Shown: one piece after another, positions 20,685-30,545 of the stretch
How positions within the stretch are numbered: position 1 is the first letter of the stretch
How the letters are laid out: each line of letters begins with the position of its first letter
Assembly: GCA_963933055.1 (NCBI GenBank)
Contig: CAWVSY010000012.1
Coordinates: 4,194-68,193, forward strand
Source: an uncultured Oleispira sp.
GTDB lineage: Bacteria > Pseudomonadota > Gammaproteobacteria > Pseudomonadales > Oceanobacteraceae
Reading direction: 5' to 3'
DNA: 64,000 nt
Translations under genes and position numbers: made by a program
Notes under the pieces: model-generated
What the model was told of the DNA's origin: nothing
The model's database searches: none
The model's input: the letters and a program-made list of their open reading frames with translations, nothing else

Positions 20685-22173
20685 ATTTCGTAAACTTTTC
20701 TTGCTTTTCATCTGGCAGCTTTATATCCAAATAGACGAACAGCAGTGCAAAGAAAATAAGCCCGGCTTGAATATAAAAATTCCATCCTGAGGTTAGCCAT
20801 AACCATCGGCCATTAACCAGACCATCGACAATTAATGTTGATAAAAGTAGCGCAGCACTGATACGTAACATCCAGTGGCTCAGTTGGAAGCCATTCTTCC
20901 AAAAGAAAGGCGTGAATAACGCGACTCCCCAAGTAATCCAGAGAATCCACTCTTCGAAATGGTGGTGTTCTTCACCCAGTTTAAATACATAGAGCAATTG
21001 GCTTGCCGGAAAAAGAGCGCAGGTTGCAATCACAAGGCCGCCACAAATCCCCAGTGTTAATTTACTAAGAGGGTGTTCCATGCCATGCCCTCTACGCTCT
21101 AACCACAGCATATTGCCGGTCACAATCAGACCACACGTTCCTAAAGCGGCTAACGCATAACAGATTTTTAGCCAAATACTGCCAAACAATACGTAATGCA
21201 AAGGCGTGACCGCGGCAAAGATACGATGGAAAGGTCCTTTATCGATAAAGCTACCTTCGTGAACAGTCTCGCCAGTAGCGATAGAATAAGTCACGGTTTC
21301 TATGTTGCTTAAATGTTTCTGGTGGTGAGCTGAAAATTTAATCAATCCACCTTTGTCACCTGCTCCCTCAACTTCAATAAATTTAATTTCTTTGTCAGTG
21401 AGGTCAGAGTTGGCTTTGATCCAGAGTTCATTCAATGAATAAATAGGCGCCGGTTCACCAGTAATTTCAGCTCTTGGTCCAAGTATCGTATCCGTTGCTT
21501 TCTGAACGTCACCGTCGAACGCGGCCAGCGCTAGAATAGGGGTGATAATGCCTAATAAACCTAAAATAGTGCCAGTGAACGCAAGAATAAGGGTAAAAGG
21601 TAATGACCATAAGCCAAGCAACTTATGTTGGTCGGTTAATAATAAACGCCAGCTTCTTTTAGGACGTAGCATGACAAATTCTTTACGCCATTTAACATGT
21701 ATCAAAATGCCAGCGATGATAGCCAATAGCATAGCCATGCCTGCCAAACCGACAAGGTAGCGTCCGTAGGGTCGAGGTAAATAAAGATCGGTATGCAAAT
21801 AGGTAAGAATTTGACCTAATGCGGAAGGGGACGATTCGACTTCTTCATAGTTGCCCGCCTTTAAGTAGCGAATATCAAATTCACCTTCATCTGGGAAATG
21901 GCCAAGCATAATGTGATTATTCACTTCATCCGGTGGTTGAATGAAATATTTACCGTATTGAAAGCCGATGTTATTCGCCGCTTCAATGGTACGCTCAAGG
22001 TCAAAGGATTTATCTTCAGAAATCTCTCCGAAGGTTGAGTACTGCCAGTATCCTAACTCGTTCTCAAACAGGGCGGGTATACCAGAAAAGGTAACAATAA
22101 AAAGTAAGATGCCTGAGATAATGCCAACCCAGGAGTGCGTATCATAGAGGCGTTTATGAGTGTGTTGTTTCAT
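20683..22173 (-). CDS. PepSY-associated TM helix protein (iron-uptake membrane reductase-like)
   Basis: HSWVGII...LFIVTFSG, LHTDLYL, HKLLGLWSLPF, LHYVLFG heme-type His pattern. Confidence 0.88.
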   Translation of the reverse strand: MKQHTHKRLYDTHSWVGIISGILLFIVTFSGIPALFENELGYWQYSTFGEISEDKSFDLERTIEAANNIGFQYGKYFIQPPDEVNNHIMLGHFPDEGEFDIRYLKAGNYEEVESSPSALGQILTYLHTDLYLPRPYGRYLVGLAGMAMLLAIIAGILIHVKWRKEFVMLRPKRSWRLLLTDQHKLLGLWSLPFTLILAFTGTILGLLGIITPILALAAFDGDVQKATDTILGPRAEITGEPAPIYSLNELWIKANSDLTDKEIKFIEVEGAGDKGGLIKFSAHHQKHLSNIETVTYSIATGETVHEGSFIDKGPFHRIFAAVTPLHYVLFGSIWLKICYALAALGTCGLIVTGNMLWLERRGHGMEHPLSKLTLGICGGLVIATCALFPASQLLYVFKLGEEHHHFEEWILWITWGVALFTPFFWKNGFQLSHWMLRISAALLLSTLIVDGLVNGRWLWLTSGWNFYIQAGLIFFALLFVYLDIKLPDEKQEKFTK

Positions 22174-22181
22174 GGTAATTC

Positions 22182-22460
22182 TCAACTGGCTAAACTGATA
22201 ATATCTATCGTAAGGGCGGGTATTAATAAAATAAGGATCCTAGTCCAGGCCTGAAGGCCATCCAATGCCAAGATGGCCCAATAAAAAACTGAGGCCCAGA
22301 AAATAAAGAAAAAGATCCCTCCTGCAAATACCTGTTCCGCAAGACTGCCAAATGGCCATAGTAGGGTAATGGAAATGGTCAGTGCTACCGTCGCTAAAAA
22401 GCTCCCGATGATCGCGGCAATATTACGACTGCCGGTACTGCGAATAATGTTAATAAACAT
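22182..22460 (-). CDS. Small three-TM membrane protein of the PepSY iron-uptake module
   Basis: Hydrophobic 92 aa, abuts both neighbours; context typical of PepSY operons. Confidence 0.65.
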   Translation of the reverse strand: MFINIIRSTGSRNIAAIIGSFLATVALTISITLLWPFGSLAEQVFAGGIFFFIFWASVFYWAILALDGLQAWTRILILLIPALTIDIISLAS

Positions 22461-22752
22461 AGTCGATTCCCTTATATATAAGTCCAGTCAGGCTGAATGC
22501 TGTAATCAGATAGACAGACTTTGGCTGCCAAACTCTGAGTTGAACGAACGTGATAGCGACAGCCATTAATGCAAATAGCCAAATAAAGAAACCGTGCTCA
22601 AATCCGATTGGAATCCCCATCAAACAGGCAGATATTAATAATAGAGTTCTGCCGGCAACTCTTCTGTTGTAAGGAATTTTAGTGCTTCTATGTTCTTTTA
22701 GGCCATACATAGCATGAAGGGCGGGCCAGATTAAAAATACGCTGATGGGCAT
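22450..22752 (-). CDS. Small membrane protein, DUF3325-like
   Basis: 100 aa, three hydrophobic segments, G..LL.....G...W pattern; first gene of the PepSY module. Confidence 0.6.
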   Translation of the reverse strand: MPISVFLIWPALHAMYGLKEHRSTKIPYNRRVAGRTLLLISACLMGIPIGFEHGFFIWLFALMAVAITFVQLRVWQPKSVYLITAFSLTGLIYKGIDYVY

Positions 22753-22790
22753 AACAAATGTCCTGACGGTGGTTATGTGTTTGTGGTGAT

Positions 22791-22809
22791 GAGAATGAGA
22801 ATGCGTATC
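22791..22809. promoter_or_regulatory. Fur box upstream of the PepSY module
   Basis: GAGAATGAGAATGCGTATC, 14/19 to consensus. Confidence 0.65.
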
Positions 22810-22888
22810 ATAAAGCTTAATTGAGTGTGATCAAGAGATAATTTAGAGACTTCTGGTTAGTGGCGGTCATATTGGCAATATTATGCGC

Positions 22889-22918
22889 TTGACAAGTGAT
22901 AATGATTATCAATACTAT
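22889..22918 (+). promoter_or_regulatory. Sigma70 promoter with Fur box in the spacer
   Basis: TTGACA (22889-22894), perfect 7-1-7 Fur box TGATAATGATTATCA (22897-22911), TACTAT (22913-22918). Confidence 0.8.
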
Positions 22919-22949
22919 TTGTGTTTTAGACAAGGATGAAAAAAATCGT

Positions 22950-24071
22950 ATGAGAATCGTTCAACTGGATTTGATTCGTGGGATTGCTCTGCTCGGCATT
23001 TTTGTAATTAATATTACATTGTTCGCGTATTCTGAAACGGGACAGATAGAATTTTACCAGCAGTTAGGAGCGCATTTTCCTGCGCTGGAAAAGGGTCTAG
23101 GATCATTTTTATATGGTCATCTGATGCTTACTTCTTATTCGCTGATTCAAGCACTATTTTCACAAAAAATGATGACACTCTTTTCCTTTTTGTTTGGCGC
23201 TAGCATTATTTTAATGACAGAAAAATTGGATCAGAAAGGTGCCAATTCTTTCAGTGTATTTTACCGACGCAACTTCTGGTTAATGGTTATTGGTGCGCTA
23301 CATCTTTTAGTTTGGTATGGCGATATATTGTTCGTATATGCGCTATCTGGATTTCTGTTGTATCCATTAAGAAAACTAAACTCTAAGACGCTTATCTGCC
23401 TGAGTATTCCTTTATACAGTGTATGTACGGCATACATTGGGCCTGCACTCAGTGCTTATTATTATGACAGCAGCATCACCGATGCTCATTCGAATTTAAG
23501 CTTTGATCATTTAAGTTTTGATCATTTAAAGCTCATTAAATACTTCACGCTTTCTTTAGCCAATATGTTAATCGGTATGGCGTTGTATAAGCTCGGTTAT
23601 ATTTTGGGAAAATCGTCTACCCAGGTTTATCGTAATTGGGCAATTGGAGGATTAATATCCGGACTCGCTTTACAGGGGTTGGCATTATTTCTTAATGAGG
23701 CTTATGGCGTCGTCGTTGACCTGAACAATCTGGCCTCAATTCTTCAGGCGCTTTCTTACATTGGGATTATTATTTTATGGAGTCAGTCCAATAAACTTTT
23801 GTGGTTACAAGTCAGGCTGCAAGCTATCGGTCGTGCCGCATTAACCCATTATCTACTGCAAACGCTGATATCTGTGTTGTTATTCTATCCACTGTTTTTA
23901 AACTTTAGAGCCTTAGAGTTGGATTTACTGCAGCAAATTTGGGTAGTGCTTGGAGTATGGGCCCTGCAATTATTCATCGGTAAAATGCTGATGGAAAAAT
24001 TAAAGTTTGGTCCAGTAGAGTGGCTATGGAGAAGTTTATATTATTGGCAGCGCCAGCCGTTTCGTCGTTAA
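22950..24071 (+). CDS. DUF418 (YeiB-like) membrane protein
   Basis: RIVQLDLIRGIALLGI, KMMTLFSFLFG, WYGDILFVYA, ALTHYLLQT, FGPVEWLWRSL; start moved to ATG 22950 because the ORF-track start lies in the promoter. Confidence 0.88.
   Translation: MRIVQLDLIRGIALLGIFVINITLFAYSETGQIEFYQQLGAHFPALEKGLGSFLYGHLMLTSYSLIQALFSQKMMTLFSFLFGASIILMTEKLDQKGANSFSVFYRRNFWLMVIGALHLLVWYGDILFVYALSGFLLYPLRKLNSKTLICLSIPLYSVCTAYIGPALSAYYYDSSITDAHSNLSFDHLSFDHLKLIKYFTLSLANMLIGMALYKLGYILGKSSTQVYRNWAIGGLISGLALQGLALFLNEAYGVVVDLNNLASILQALSYIGIIILWSQSNKLLWLQVRLQAIGRAALTHYLLQTLISVLLFYPLFLNFRALELDLLQQIWVVLGVWALQLFIGKMLMEKLKFGPVEWLWRSLYYWQRQPFRR
23496..23525 (+). repeat. 15-bp in-frame tandem duplication (LSFDH x2)
   Basis: TTAAGCTTTGATCAT TTAAGTTTTGATCAT. 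Confidence 0.8.
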
Positions 24072-24084
24072 GGGGAAGTGAAAA

Positions 24085-24915
24085 TTAAACAGCGTCTTCA
24101 GCAATACTATCCTGTTTTTTTATGATTTTATGTTTATCTTCTGATTGCCCACTTTTCCAGTAGCTGCTTATGTAAAGTTGGTTACGAGGAACTTGCTTAT
24201 CTTTTTTAAAGTAGCTGCGTAATAAGCGCATATTGCTGAATTCACAGGCAGCCCAAATAGAAGGGGTGCCTAATAACCAAGGCAAGGTTTTTACCGCATC
24301 GCTTAGTATTGTATTTTCTGTATCCAGATGTGGATTAATCACCCATAAAATATCAATTCCCGCAGGTTTTTTAAGTGATTGCTTATCTTGCTCAGAATTA
24401 ATTTCAATCACAACATAGCCTGCCGCATTTGCAGGCAATTGTTCAAGCTGACAACTAATAGCTGGTAAAGCCGTCATGTCGCCAGCAAATAAAAACCAAT
24501 CGGCTTCCAGAGAAGCTGCTTTGACTTTGCCAGGACCAAACATCTGCAGAGTATCACCGGGTTTTGTTTGTGCAGCCCAAGTTGATGCAGGCCCAGAATG
24601 TTTGCCTAACTCACCGTGTAATACAAAATCGATATCAAGCATTAAATCATATGGGTTGAACTTGCGTATGGTGTAAGTTCGCATAATAACTTTGGCATCT
24701 TCATCACCTGACAGAGCTCCTTCAGAGAGAGTCCTTTCAGAGAGAGTCCTTTCAGAGAGAGTCCCTTCAACGGGAAAGAGAAGCTTTACATAGCTGCCTT
24801 CATATCCTGTTGGAAATTCCGCTAAGTCTTGTCCGTATAATGTAACCCGTTGCATATTGGGGCTAATGCGTTGGCTTTGGCTTACTGTTAATTGGTAAGG
24901 CAGATCTCTGGGCAT
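24085..24915 (-). CDS. Siderophore-interacting protein (FAD-dependent ferric-siderophore reductase, ViuB/YqjH type)
   Basis: ISPNMQRVTL, RTYTIR, IDFVLH, GPASTWA, AGDMTALPAI, ISSYWK. Confidence 0.93.
   Translation of the reverse strand: MPRDLPYQLTVSQSQRISPNMQRVTLYGQDLAEFPTGYEGSYVKLLFPVEGTLSERTLSERTLSEGALSGDEDAKVIMRTYTIRKFNPYDLMLDIDFVLHGELGKHSGPASTWAAQTKPGDTLQMFGPGKVKAASLEADWFLFAGDMTALPAISCQLEQLPANAAGYVVIEINSEQDKQSLKKPAGIDILWVINPHLDTENTILSDAVKTLPWLLGTPSIWAACEFSNMRLLRSYFKKDKQVPRNQLYISSYWKSGQSEDKHKIIKKQDSIAEDAV
24721..24765. repeat. 15-bp tandem repeat x3, in frame within the SIP gene
   Basis: TTCAGAGAGAGTCCT x2 plus TTCAGAGAGAGTCCC, encoding (TLSER)n. Confidence 0.9.
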
Positions 24916-24977
24916 GGATAATAACCTTTAAGACGTTTTGATTAATTCGGAGTACATTTAAAACAAAGCCCAATGGC

Positions 24978-26228
24978 TCAACTGATTTTGTACGAGTGTT
25001 TTTGCTGATTAGGTTTAAATTTAACCCAAGCTGTTGCTAGATAATGAGTCAGCACATAGAGCGCTAATAACGTTACTAAGAATCCAGTCCCACTTAGCGT
25101 TCGGAAACCAAAGTACATAAGTCCCCAGCCAATAAGTAACCAATGAACAACGTATATGGTGGTGATGTGTTTGCTCCAGGTATACCAGAAGCTGAATATT
25201 GGGTTGTGAGGTACCTTCTCGACAATCGTATTAAATAAGAAAATGGTGAGTGCGGTGAAGCCACTGATTGCGATAACCGCGCCTGGGCCTGCGCGCATTG
25301 AACCACCGATGTGGTAATCAACATCGGTAAAAATGATAGCAATACCTACGAATGTTGTGGTGAGGCTGAACCAGGCCGACTTTTTCAAAAAGCCATTTAA
25401 GTCATCGGCTTGTTTCATCCAGTGGCCAAATGCCATACCTGAAATGGCATAGGCTAGCCATGGCAACTGTGGGAAAAACGCGCCTTCTGCAATATTGCCA
25501 GCAAGCAGTTTTAATATTTCATCGACGAAAGCATTACCTGTCTGAGTATCCCATGCGTAAGGCGAAGCGAAAGCAATCGCGAGGGCGATGACCAGCCAGT
25601 GTTTTGGGTTAGGAAGGTAATGCCTCAGCAGGCTGCAAACAATAAAAGCGATGCCCGCAAATTGTAAAATATCAACCACCAACAATTCATAGATTGGATT
25701 GCCGTCGCCTAAATCTTCTTGGCTGACCAGACCGAATTCCAAGGAAAGCCACATGGGTAGCGAGCTGCGAAAAAAATTCAGTACGTAGCCTGCAAAAAAC
25801 AATATTACGCCACGTTTAATCGACAGTGATAAATTCTTATGTCCTGTCAGAGTGATAAAAATGCCCATCAGAAATACGAAGCAGCAGACACTGAAGAGTA
25901 ATACTTCGTGAGTAATTTCTAGCTGAACGTTAAGCCCGTGTAGGTAACTTAATATCAATGCATAGCCGAAGATGAAAAGAAATATTATGCGTTTGATGTG
26001 TTGTGTGCCCGTAGCATTCGGAGTCAGTAGGATAAGTAGCGATGATAAATAGAGGGTCACGACAGTCCAAATCGTTAGCAGTTCAAAAGATGAGCCAATA
26101 ATACTTTTGTTAAATTCTGCCGCGCCATAAAAATAAAGAAAGTGCACGATCAGCATAAACATGACACAAATTCCTCGATAGAAATCGAGCACTTTAATTC
26201 TTGAGGAGCCTTTCATTGTGTCATCCAT
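24978..26228 (-). CDS. Membrane protein, heparan-alpha-glucosaminide N-acetyltransferase (DUF1624)-like
   Basis: RIKVLDFYRGICVMFMLIVH, VDILQFAG, FFPQLPWLAY, IYVVHWLLIGW; start uncertain (26216-26276). Confidence 0.75.
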   Translation of the reverse strand: MDDTMKGSSRIKVLDFYRGICVMFMLIVHFLYFYGAAEFNKSIIGSSFELLTIWTVVTLYLSSLLILLTPNATGTQHIKRIIFLFIFGYALILSYLHGLNVQLEITHEVLLFSVCCFVFLMGIFITLTGHKNLSLSIKRGVILFFAGYVLNFFRSSLPMWLSLEFGLVSQEDLGDGNPIYELLVVDILQFAGIAFIVCSLLRHYLPNPKHWLVIALAIAFASPYAWDTQTGNAFVDEILKLLAGNIAEGAFFPQLPWLAYAISGMAFGHWMKQADDLNGFLKKSAWFSLTTTFVGIAIIFTDVDYHIGGSMRAGPGAVIAISGFTALTIFLFNTIVEKVPHNPIFSFWYTWSKHITTIYVVHWLLIGWGLMYFGFRTLSGTGFLVTLLALYVLTHYLATAWVKFKPNQQKHSYKIS

Positions 26229-26300
26229 TATGTCATCACTCTCATGAGAAAATTTATTAAGTCGCTTGTATGTCAATCAAGGGCAGGATTATTCCATAAA

Positions 26301-26315
26301 TAATAATGCTTATCA
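26301..26315. promoter_or_regulatory. Fur box in the divergent DUF1624/speA intergenic region
   Basis: TAATAATGCTTATCA, 12/14 to the 7-1-7 consensus. Confidence 0.6.
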
Positions 26316-26388
26316 ATTGCATTTAATTACTGGATAATCTAAATGCAAACCATTACCATTGCGGTCATTGAATTGTAAGGATTAAGTC

Positions 26389-28338
26389 GTGCGTGATATG
26401 AAAATAGAACAGCAGGCTGAATGGGATATCGAGCGAGCGCAAGATACCTACGGCATAAAAAATTGGGGAAATGGGTATTTTGATATCAGCCCTGACGGTG
26501 AAGTAGTCATTAAAAATCCCCAGGACTCTTTTTCCGAGCAGTTTTCTGGCTTGTCTTTGCTGGAAGTTATTGAAGGCTTGCGAGATCGTGACCTGCACAT
26601 GCCCGCGTTATTACGTATTGAAAATATAATCGATCACAGCATCAGTAATTTGAATGACTCTTTCAGAAAAATTATAGAGCGTCTCGATTACCAGGGTTCG
26701 TATCGAGGTGTATTTCCTATTAAAGTGAATCAGCAAGCGCAAATCGTTGAGGAGATCGCTCGGTTTGGGGAGCGCTATGGTTATGGTTTTGAGGTGGGCA
26801 GTAAGCCTGAAATGATCGCCGCTTTATCAACGCTCGGTAATAGCAGTGATCAGATGTTGATTTGCAATGGTTACAAAGATCAGGAGTTTATTGATCTGGC
26901 CTTGCAAGCGGTCAAGTTGGGTACTCGTTGTTTTGTGGTGATTGAGGCCCTGTCCGAGCTGCCAATTATTGTTGAGCGCAGCAAAGCTTTAGGCATCGAA
27001 CCTTTGATTGGTGTACGAGCAAAAATGACGACTAAGGTTGGTGGTCATTGGAATTCAACCAGTGGTGATCGCAGTGTCTTTGGTTTGTCAGCCAGTCAAA
27101 TTATTCAGGTTGTCGATGTACTGAGAGACAATGATATGTTGCATTGTTTGCAATTGTTGCATTGCCACTTGGGTTCTCAAATTCCTAATATTCGTGATAT
27201 TCGTGGTGGTGTAAGCGAAGCCTGTCGTTATTACGCAGACTTGTGTCGCGAAGGTGCCGCGATGAATTATATCGATTTGGGTGGTGGGTTGGCGGTAGAT
27301 TATACGGGGGCGCATTCACAAGAAAGCCAAAGTCGAAATTATTCTTTGGATGAATATTGTGAAGATGTGGTCGAAACCGTTATGTCGACGCTCGACGGTT
27401 ATGGTATCAGCCATCCTACGATTGTTACGGAATCCGGTCGTGCCACCGTCGCGTATTCATCTATATTATTGTTTAACATCTTAGATGTCGCGCGTTTTGA
27501 GCCTGTCGAGATAAGGACGTCTAGTGATGAAGGGCATGAGTTACTCGATAATTTGCGCAGCATCTTTGATTACTTAAAACCAGGTCGGGTGCAGGAGTGT
27601 TTTAATGATGCCCACTATTATCGTGATGAAGTGCGTGAGTTGTTTAAGCGCGGTCAGGTAGGTTTGCGTACCCGTGCTGAAGCAGAAAACCTGTTTTTAA
27701 AAGTGCTGCGAGATATTAAATCTTTATTACCTGAACTGGATCAAATTCCTAAAGAGCTAGAGGGATTCGATGAATCTTTAGCCGATATTTATTATGGCAA
27801 TTTCAGTCTGTTTCAATCTTTGCCAGATAGCTGGGCCATTGATCAGATGTTCCCTGTGATGCCGGTTCATCGCTTAAACGAAGAACCTGATCGTCGTGCT
27901 GTATTAGCGGATATTACCTGTGATTGCGACGGAAAAATTGATCGTTTTATTGCTACCGATCGCGAATATGCTCCGACCTTACCCGTGCATTCATTAAAAG
28001 AATCTGAAGAATATTATATGGGTGTCTTCCTTGTGGGTGCCTATCAGGAGACCCTTGGGGATTTACACAATTTGTTTGGTGATACCAACGTGGCCAGCAT
28101 TCGTTTAAACGAAGGGGGGGGTTACGAATTTGTTAAAGAAATTCACGGCGATACCATCGAAGACGTTTTGGGTTATGTGGAATACCAGCCTTGGGAAATG
28201 AAATTACGTTACCGCAATAAATTAGAAGCCGCCGTAAATGAAGGTCGCATCAGTGCTCGTGAACGCCAGCAAATGATGAATACTTTCAATGCCAGTATGC
28301 AAGGCTACACCTATTACGAAAAAGACCATGTGCTTTAA
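26389..28338 (+). CDS. speA: Biosynthetic arginine decarboxylase
   Basis: VFPIKVNQ PLP lysine, EVGSKPE, CNGYKD, HCHLGSQI, DLGGGL, ESGRA, DITCDCDG, GAYQETLGDLHNLFGDTN. Confidence 0.96.
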   Translation: MRDMKIEQQAEWDIERAQDTYGIKNWGNGYFDISPDGEVVIKNPQDSFSEQFSGLSLLEVIEGLRDRDLHMPALLRIENIIDHSISNLNDSFRKIIERLDYQGSYRGVFPIKVNQQAQIVEEIARFGERYGYGFEVGSKPEMIAALSTLGNSSDQMLICNGYKDQEFIDLALQAVKLGTRCFVVIEALSELPIIVERSKALGIEPLIGVRAKMTTKVGGHWNSTSGDRSVFGLSASQIIQVVDVLRDNDMLHCLQLLHCHLGSQIPNIRDIRGGVSEACRYYADLCREGAAMNYIDLGGGLAVDYTGAHSQESQSRNYSLDEYCEDVVETVMSTLDGYGISHPTIVTESGRATVAYSSILLFNILDVARFEPVEIRTSSDEGHELLDNLRSIFDYLKPGRVQECFNDAHYYRDEVRELFKRGQVGLRTRAEAENLFLKVLRDIKSLLPELDQIPKELEGFDESLADIYYGNFSLFQSLPDSWAIDQMFPVMPVHRLNEEPDRRAVLADITCDCDGKIDRFIATDREYAPTLPVHSLKESEEYYMGVFLVGAYQETLGDLHNLFGDTNVASIRLNEGGGYEFVKEIHGDTIEDVLGYVEYQPWEMKLRYRNKLEAAVNEGRISARERQQMMNTFNASMQGYTYYEKDHVL

Positions 28339-28383
28339 TTTTTTAAAGAAATAATTTAAGAGAAGCGTTTAGGGGAACCTGTT

Positions 28384-29592
28384 ATGAAAAAAATTATGAT
28401 TATTGGTGCTGGTGGCGTAGGTCAGGTTGTTGCCCATAAATGTGCTCAATTGCCGGAAGTGTTCAGTGACATTGTATTGGCCAGCCGTACTCAAAGTAAG
28501 TGTGATGATATCGCCAAGCAAATTAAGGCAAGGTATGGTGGCGACATTGAAACGGATCACGTTGATGCGGATAGTGTGTCTGATCTTGTGCGCTTATTTA
28601 AGAAGTACGATCCGTTCATGGTGATCAATGTGGCGCTGCCCTATCAGGATCTGACCATTATGGATGCCTGCTTAGAAATGAAAGTACACTATCTTGATAC
28701 GGCCAATTATGAGCCATTAGATACGGCAAAATTTGAGTACAAATGGCAATGGGAGTATCAGGATAAATTCAAACAAGCGGGCTTGATGGCGCTGTTAGGT
28801 TCAGGCTTTGATCCTGGTGCTACCAATATGTTTACGGCTTACGCTGCTAAGCATTATTTCGATGAGATCCATACCTTAGATATCATTGATGTTAATGGTG
28901 GCGATCATGGTTACCCATTTGCGACTAATTTCAATCCGGAAATAAATATTCGTGAAGTGACCGCTGAATGTCGCCATTGGGAAAACGGTGAGTTTATTAC
29001 AACACCTGCTATGTCGACTAATCAAGAATTTACCTGCCCCGATGGTATTGGCACTTACAATATTTACCGCATGTACCACGAAGAGTTGGAATCGTTAGCT
29101 AAACATTATCCTACGCTTAAGTGTGCACAATTCTGGATGAGCTTTGGTGATAGTTACCTTAAACACTTAGAGGTGCTAGGCAATGTGGGTATGACAGGTA
29201 TTGAACCTATTAATTTTAATGGACAGGAAATTATCCCACTTCAGTTTTTAAAAGAACTGCTGCCTGAACCCTCCACATTAGGCCCTCGTACAATAGGTAA
29301 AACCTGTATTGGCTGTGTTGTGACCGGTATTAAAAATGGTAAAGCGCGCACAGTGTATGTATACAATATCAAAGATCATCAGGATTGTTATGGTGAGGTG
29401 CAGTCACAGGCTATTTCTTATACCACCGCTGTGCCAGCCATGATCGGCGCGAAGATGATGATAGAAGGTCAATGGCTTAAGGAGGGCGTTTGGAATATGG
29501 AGCAGCTGGACCCAGATCCATTCATGGATGACATGAACAAATACGGCTTGCCGTTCAAGGTGATTGAAGAGCCAGGCTTCGATCTGATTTGA
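28384..29592 (+). CDS. Carboxy(nor)spermidine dehydrogenase, copy 1 (saccharopine dehydrogenase family)
   Basis: IIGAGGVGQVVAHKCAQ, YLDTANYEP, GSGFDPG, FATNFNPEINIRE, YHEELESL, SQAISYTTAVPA. Confidence 0.9.
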   Translation: MKKIMIIGAGGVGQVVAHKCAQLPEVFSDIVLASRTQSKCDDIAKQIKARYGGDIETDHVDADSVSDLVRLFKKYDPFMVINVALPYQDLTIMDACLEMKVHYLDTANYEPLDTAKFEYKWQWEYQDKFKQAGLMALLGSGFDPGATNMFTAYAAKHYFDEIHTLDIIDVNGGDHGYPFATNFNPEINIREVTAECRHWENGEFITTPAMSTNQEFTCPDGIGTYNIYRMYHEELESLAKHYPTLKCAQFWMSFGDSYLKHLEVLGNVGMTGIEPINFNGQEIIPLQFLKELLPEPSTLGPRTIGKTCIGCVVTGIKNGKARTVYVYNIKDHQDCYGEVQSQAISYTTAVPAMIGAKMMIEGQWLKEGVWNMEQLDPDPFMDDMNKYGLPFKVIEEPGFDLI

Positions 29593-29622
29593 TCATAATC
29601 TGACTGAATCATAAAAAGTACA

Positions 29623-30495
29623 ATGCACATGACGACATTACCGAGTCCTCGAATTCAGCTGAACTATGCGTCCCTTGACCTTTTAAACGATAAACGTTTT
29701 TCAACGCAAGTTCTAGGCTGGCTGAGTGCAGAAGAGCGAAAGCGTCACAAGAGCTTTGTGAGTCAGCAGCAGGCTAAGCAATATCTGTTAGCGAGGGCTT
29801 TATTGCGTAGTCAATTATCAAAACGAGTGCCGTGTGTATTGCCCCATGAATGGGTATTCGTCATTGATAATTCTGGTAAGCCAAGATTGGCGGATGGGTT
29901 TTCATATTTAAATCTGCACTTTAATTTATCACACAGTGAAGACCTAGTGGTATTGGCGCTGGGTGAAGAATTAGGTGAGGGGTTAGGTGAGGGGTTAGGT
30001 GAAGGATTGGATTTGGGCGTTGATGTTGAATGTATTCATCGTCCGATATTTAACATGGCCTTTGCTAAACGCTATTTCTCTGAAAGGGAATTGTCTGATC
30101 TGATGAGGCTGACTGAGTCGCAGAAAATTAAACGCATAGCTCAATTGTGGACGTTAAAAGAATCCTACCTGAAGGCCAGTGGTTTAGGCATAAGAATACC
30201 GCTCGCTAAGCTGGCTTTTTCTTTTAAGGGGCAAGGCGATCTGGGTCTTAGTATATCGCCTTCTTTGGCTGAAATTTTACCCGTAAAAAAAGGCAGTTTT
30301 ATCGCTTTATTTAGCGTGTGGTCAGATTACAGTTTGGCGTTAACCATAGGTACCGATAAAGAAATGGATGTCTCTGCTATAACATCTGCTATGACAATTA
30401 ATGAATGGGCTGGTTTGAACAGCCAGCTTTTGGGTTTGCCATACAAGCTGTTAAGAACTAAAACTGACCAAAAAATAAGTCGTAACGTTTCATAA
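29623..30495 (+). CDS. Sfp-type 4'-phosphopantetheinyl transferase
   Basis: SGKP, FNLSHS, GVDVE, WTLKESYLKASGLG. Confidence 0.92.
   Translation: MHMTTLPSPRIQLNYASLDLLNDKRFSTQVLGWLSAEERKRHKSFVSQQQAKQYLLARALLRSQLSKRVPCVLPHEWVFVIDNSGKPRLADGFSYLNLHFNLSHSEDLVVLALGEELGEGLGEGLGEGLDLGVDVECIHRPIFNMAFAKRYFSERELSDLMRLTESQKIKRIAQLWTLKESYLKASGLGIRIPLAKLAFSFKGQGDLGLSISPSLAEILPVKKGSFIALFSVWSDYSLALTIGTDKEMDVSAITSAMTINEWAGLNSQLLGLPYKLLRTKTDQKISRNVS
29959..30006 (+). repeat. 12-bp in-frame tandem repeat x4 (LGEE/LGEG) in the PPTase gene
   Basis: CTGGGTGAAGAA TTAGGTGAGGGG TTAGGTGAGGGG TTAGGTGAAGGA. Confidence 0.9.
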
Positions 30496-30545
30496 GATTA
30501 TTTATAAAATTTTATGAAATTTATTATAAAATATTTTGAGATATT

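Noticed and set aside
24721-30006. Short tandem repeats as a CRISPR array
   Set aside because: Units of 12-15 bp with no unique spacers, inside coding frames, and no cas genes
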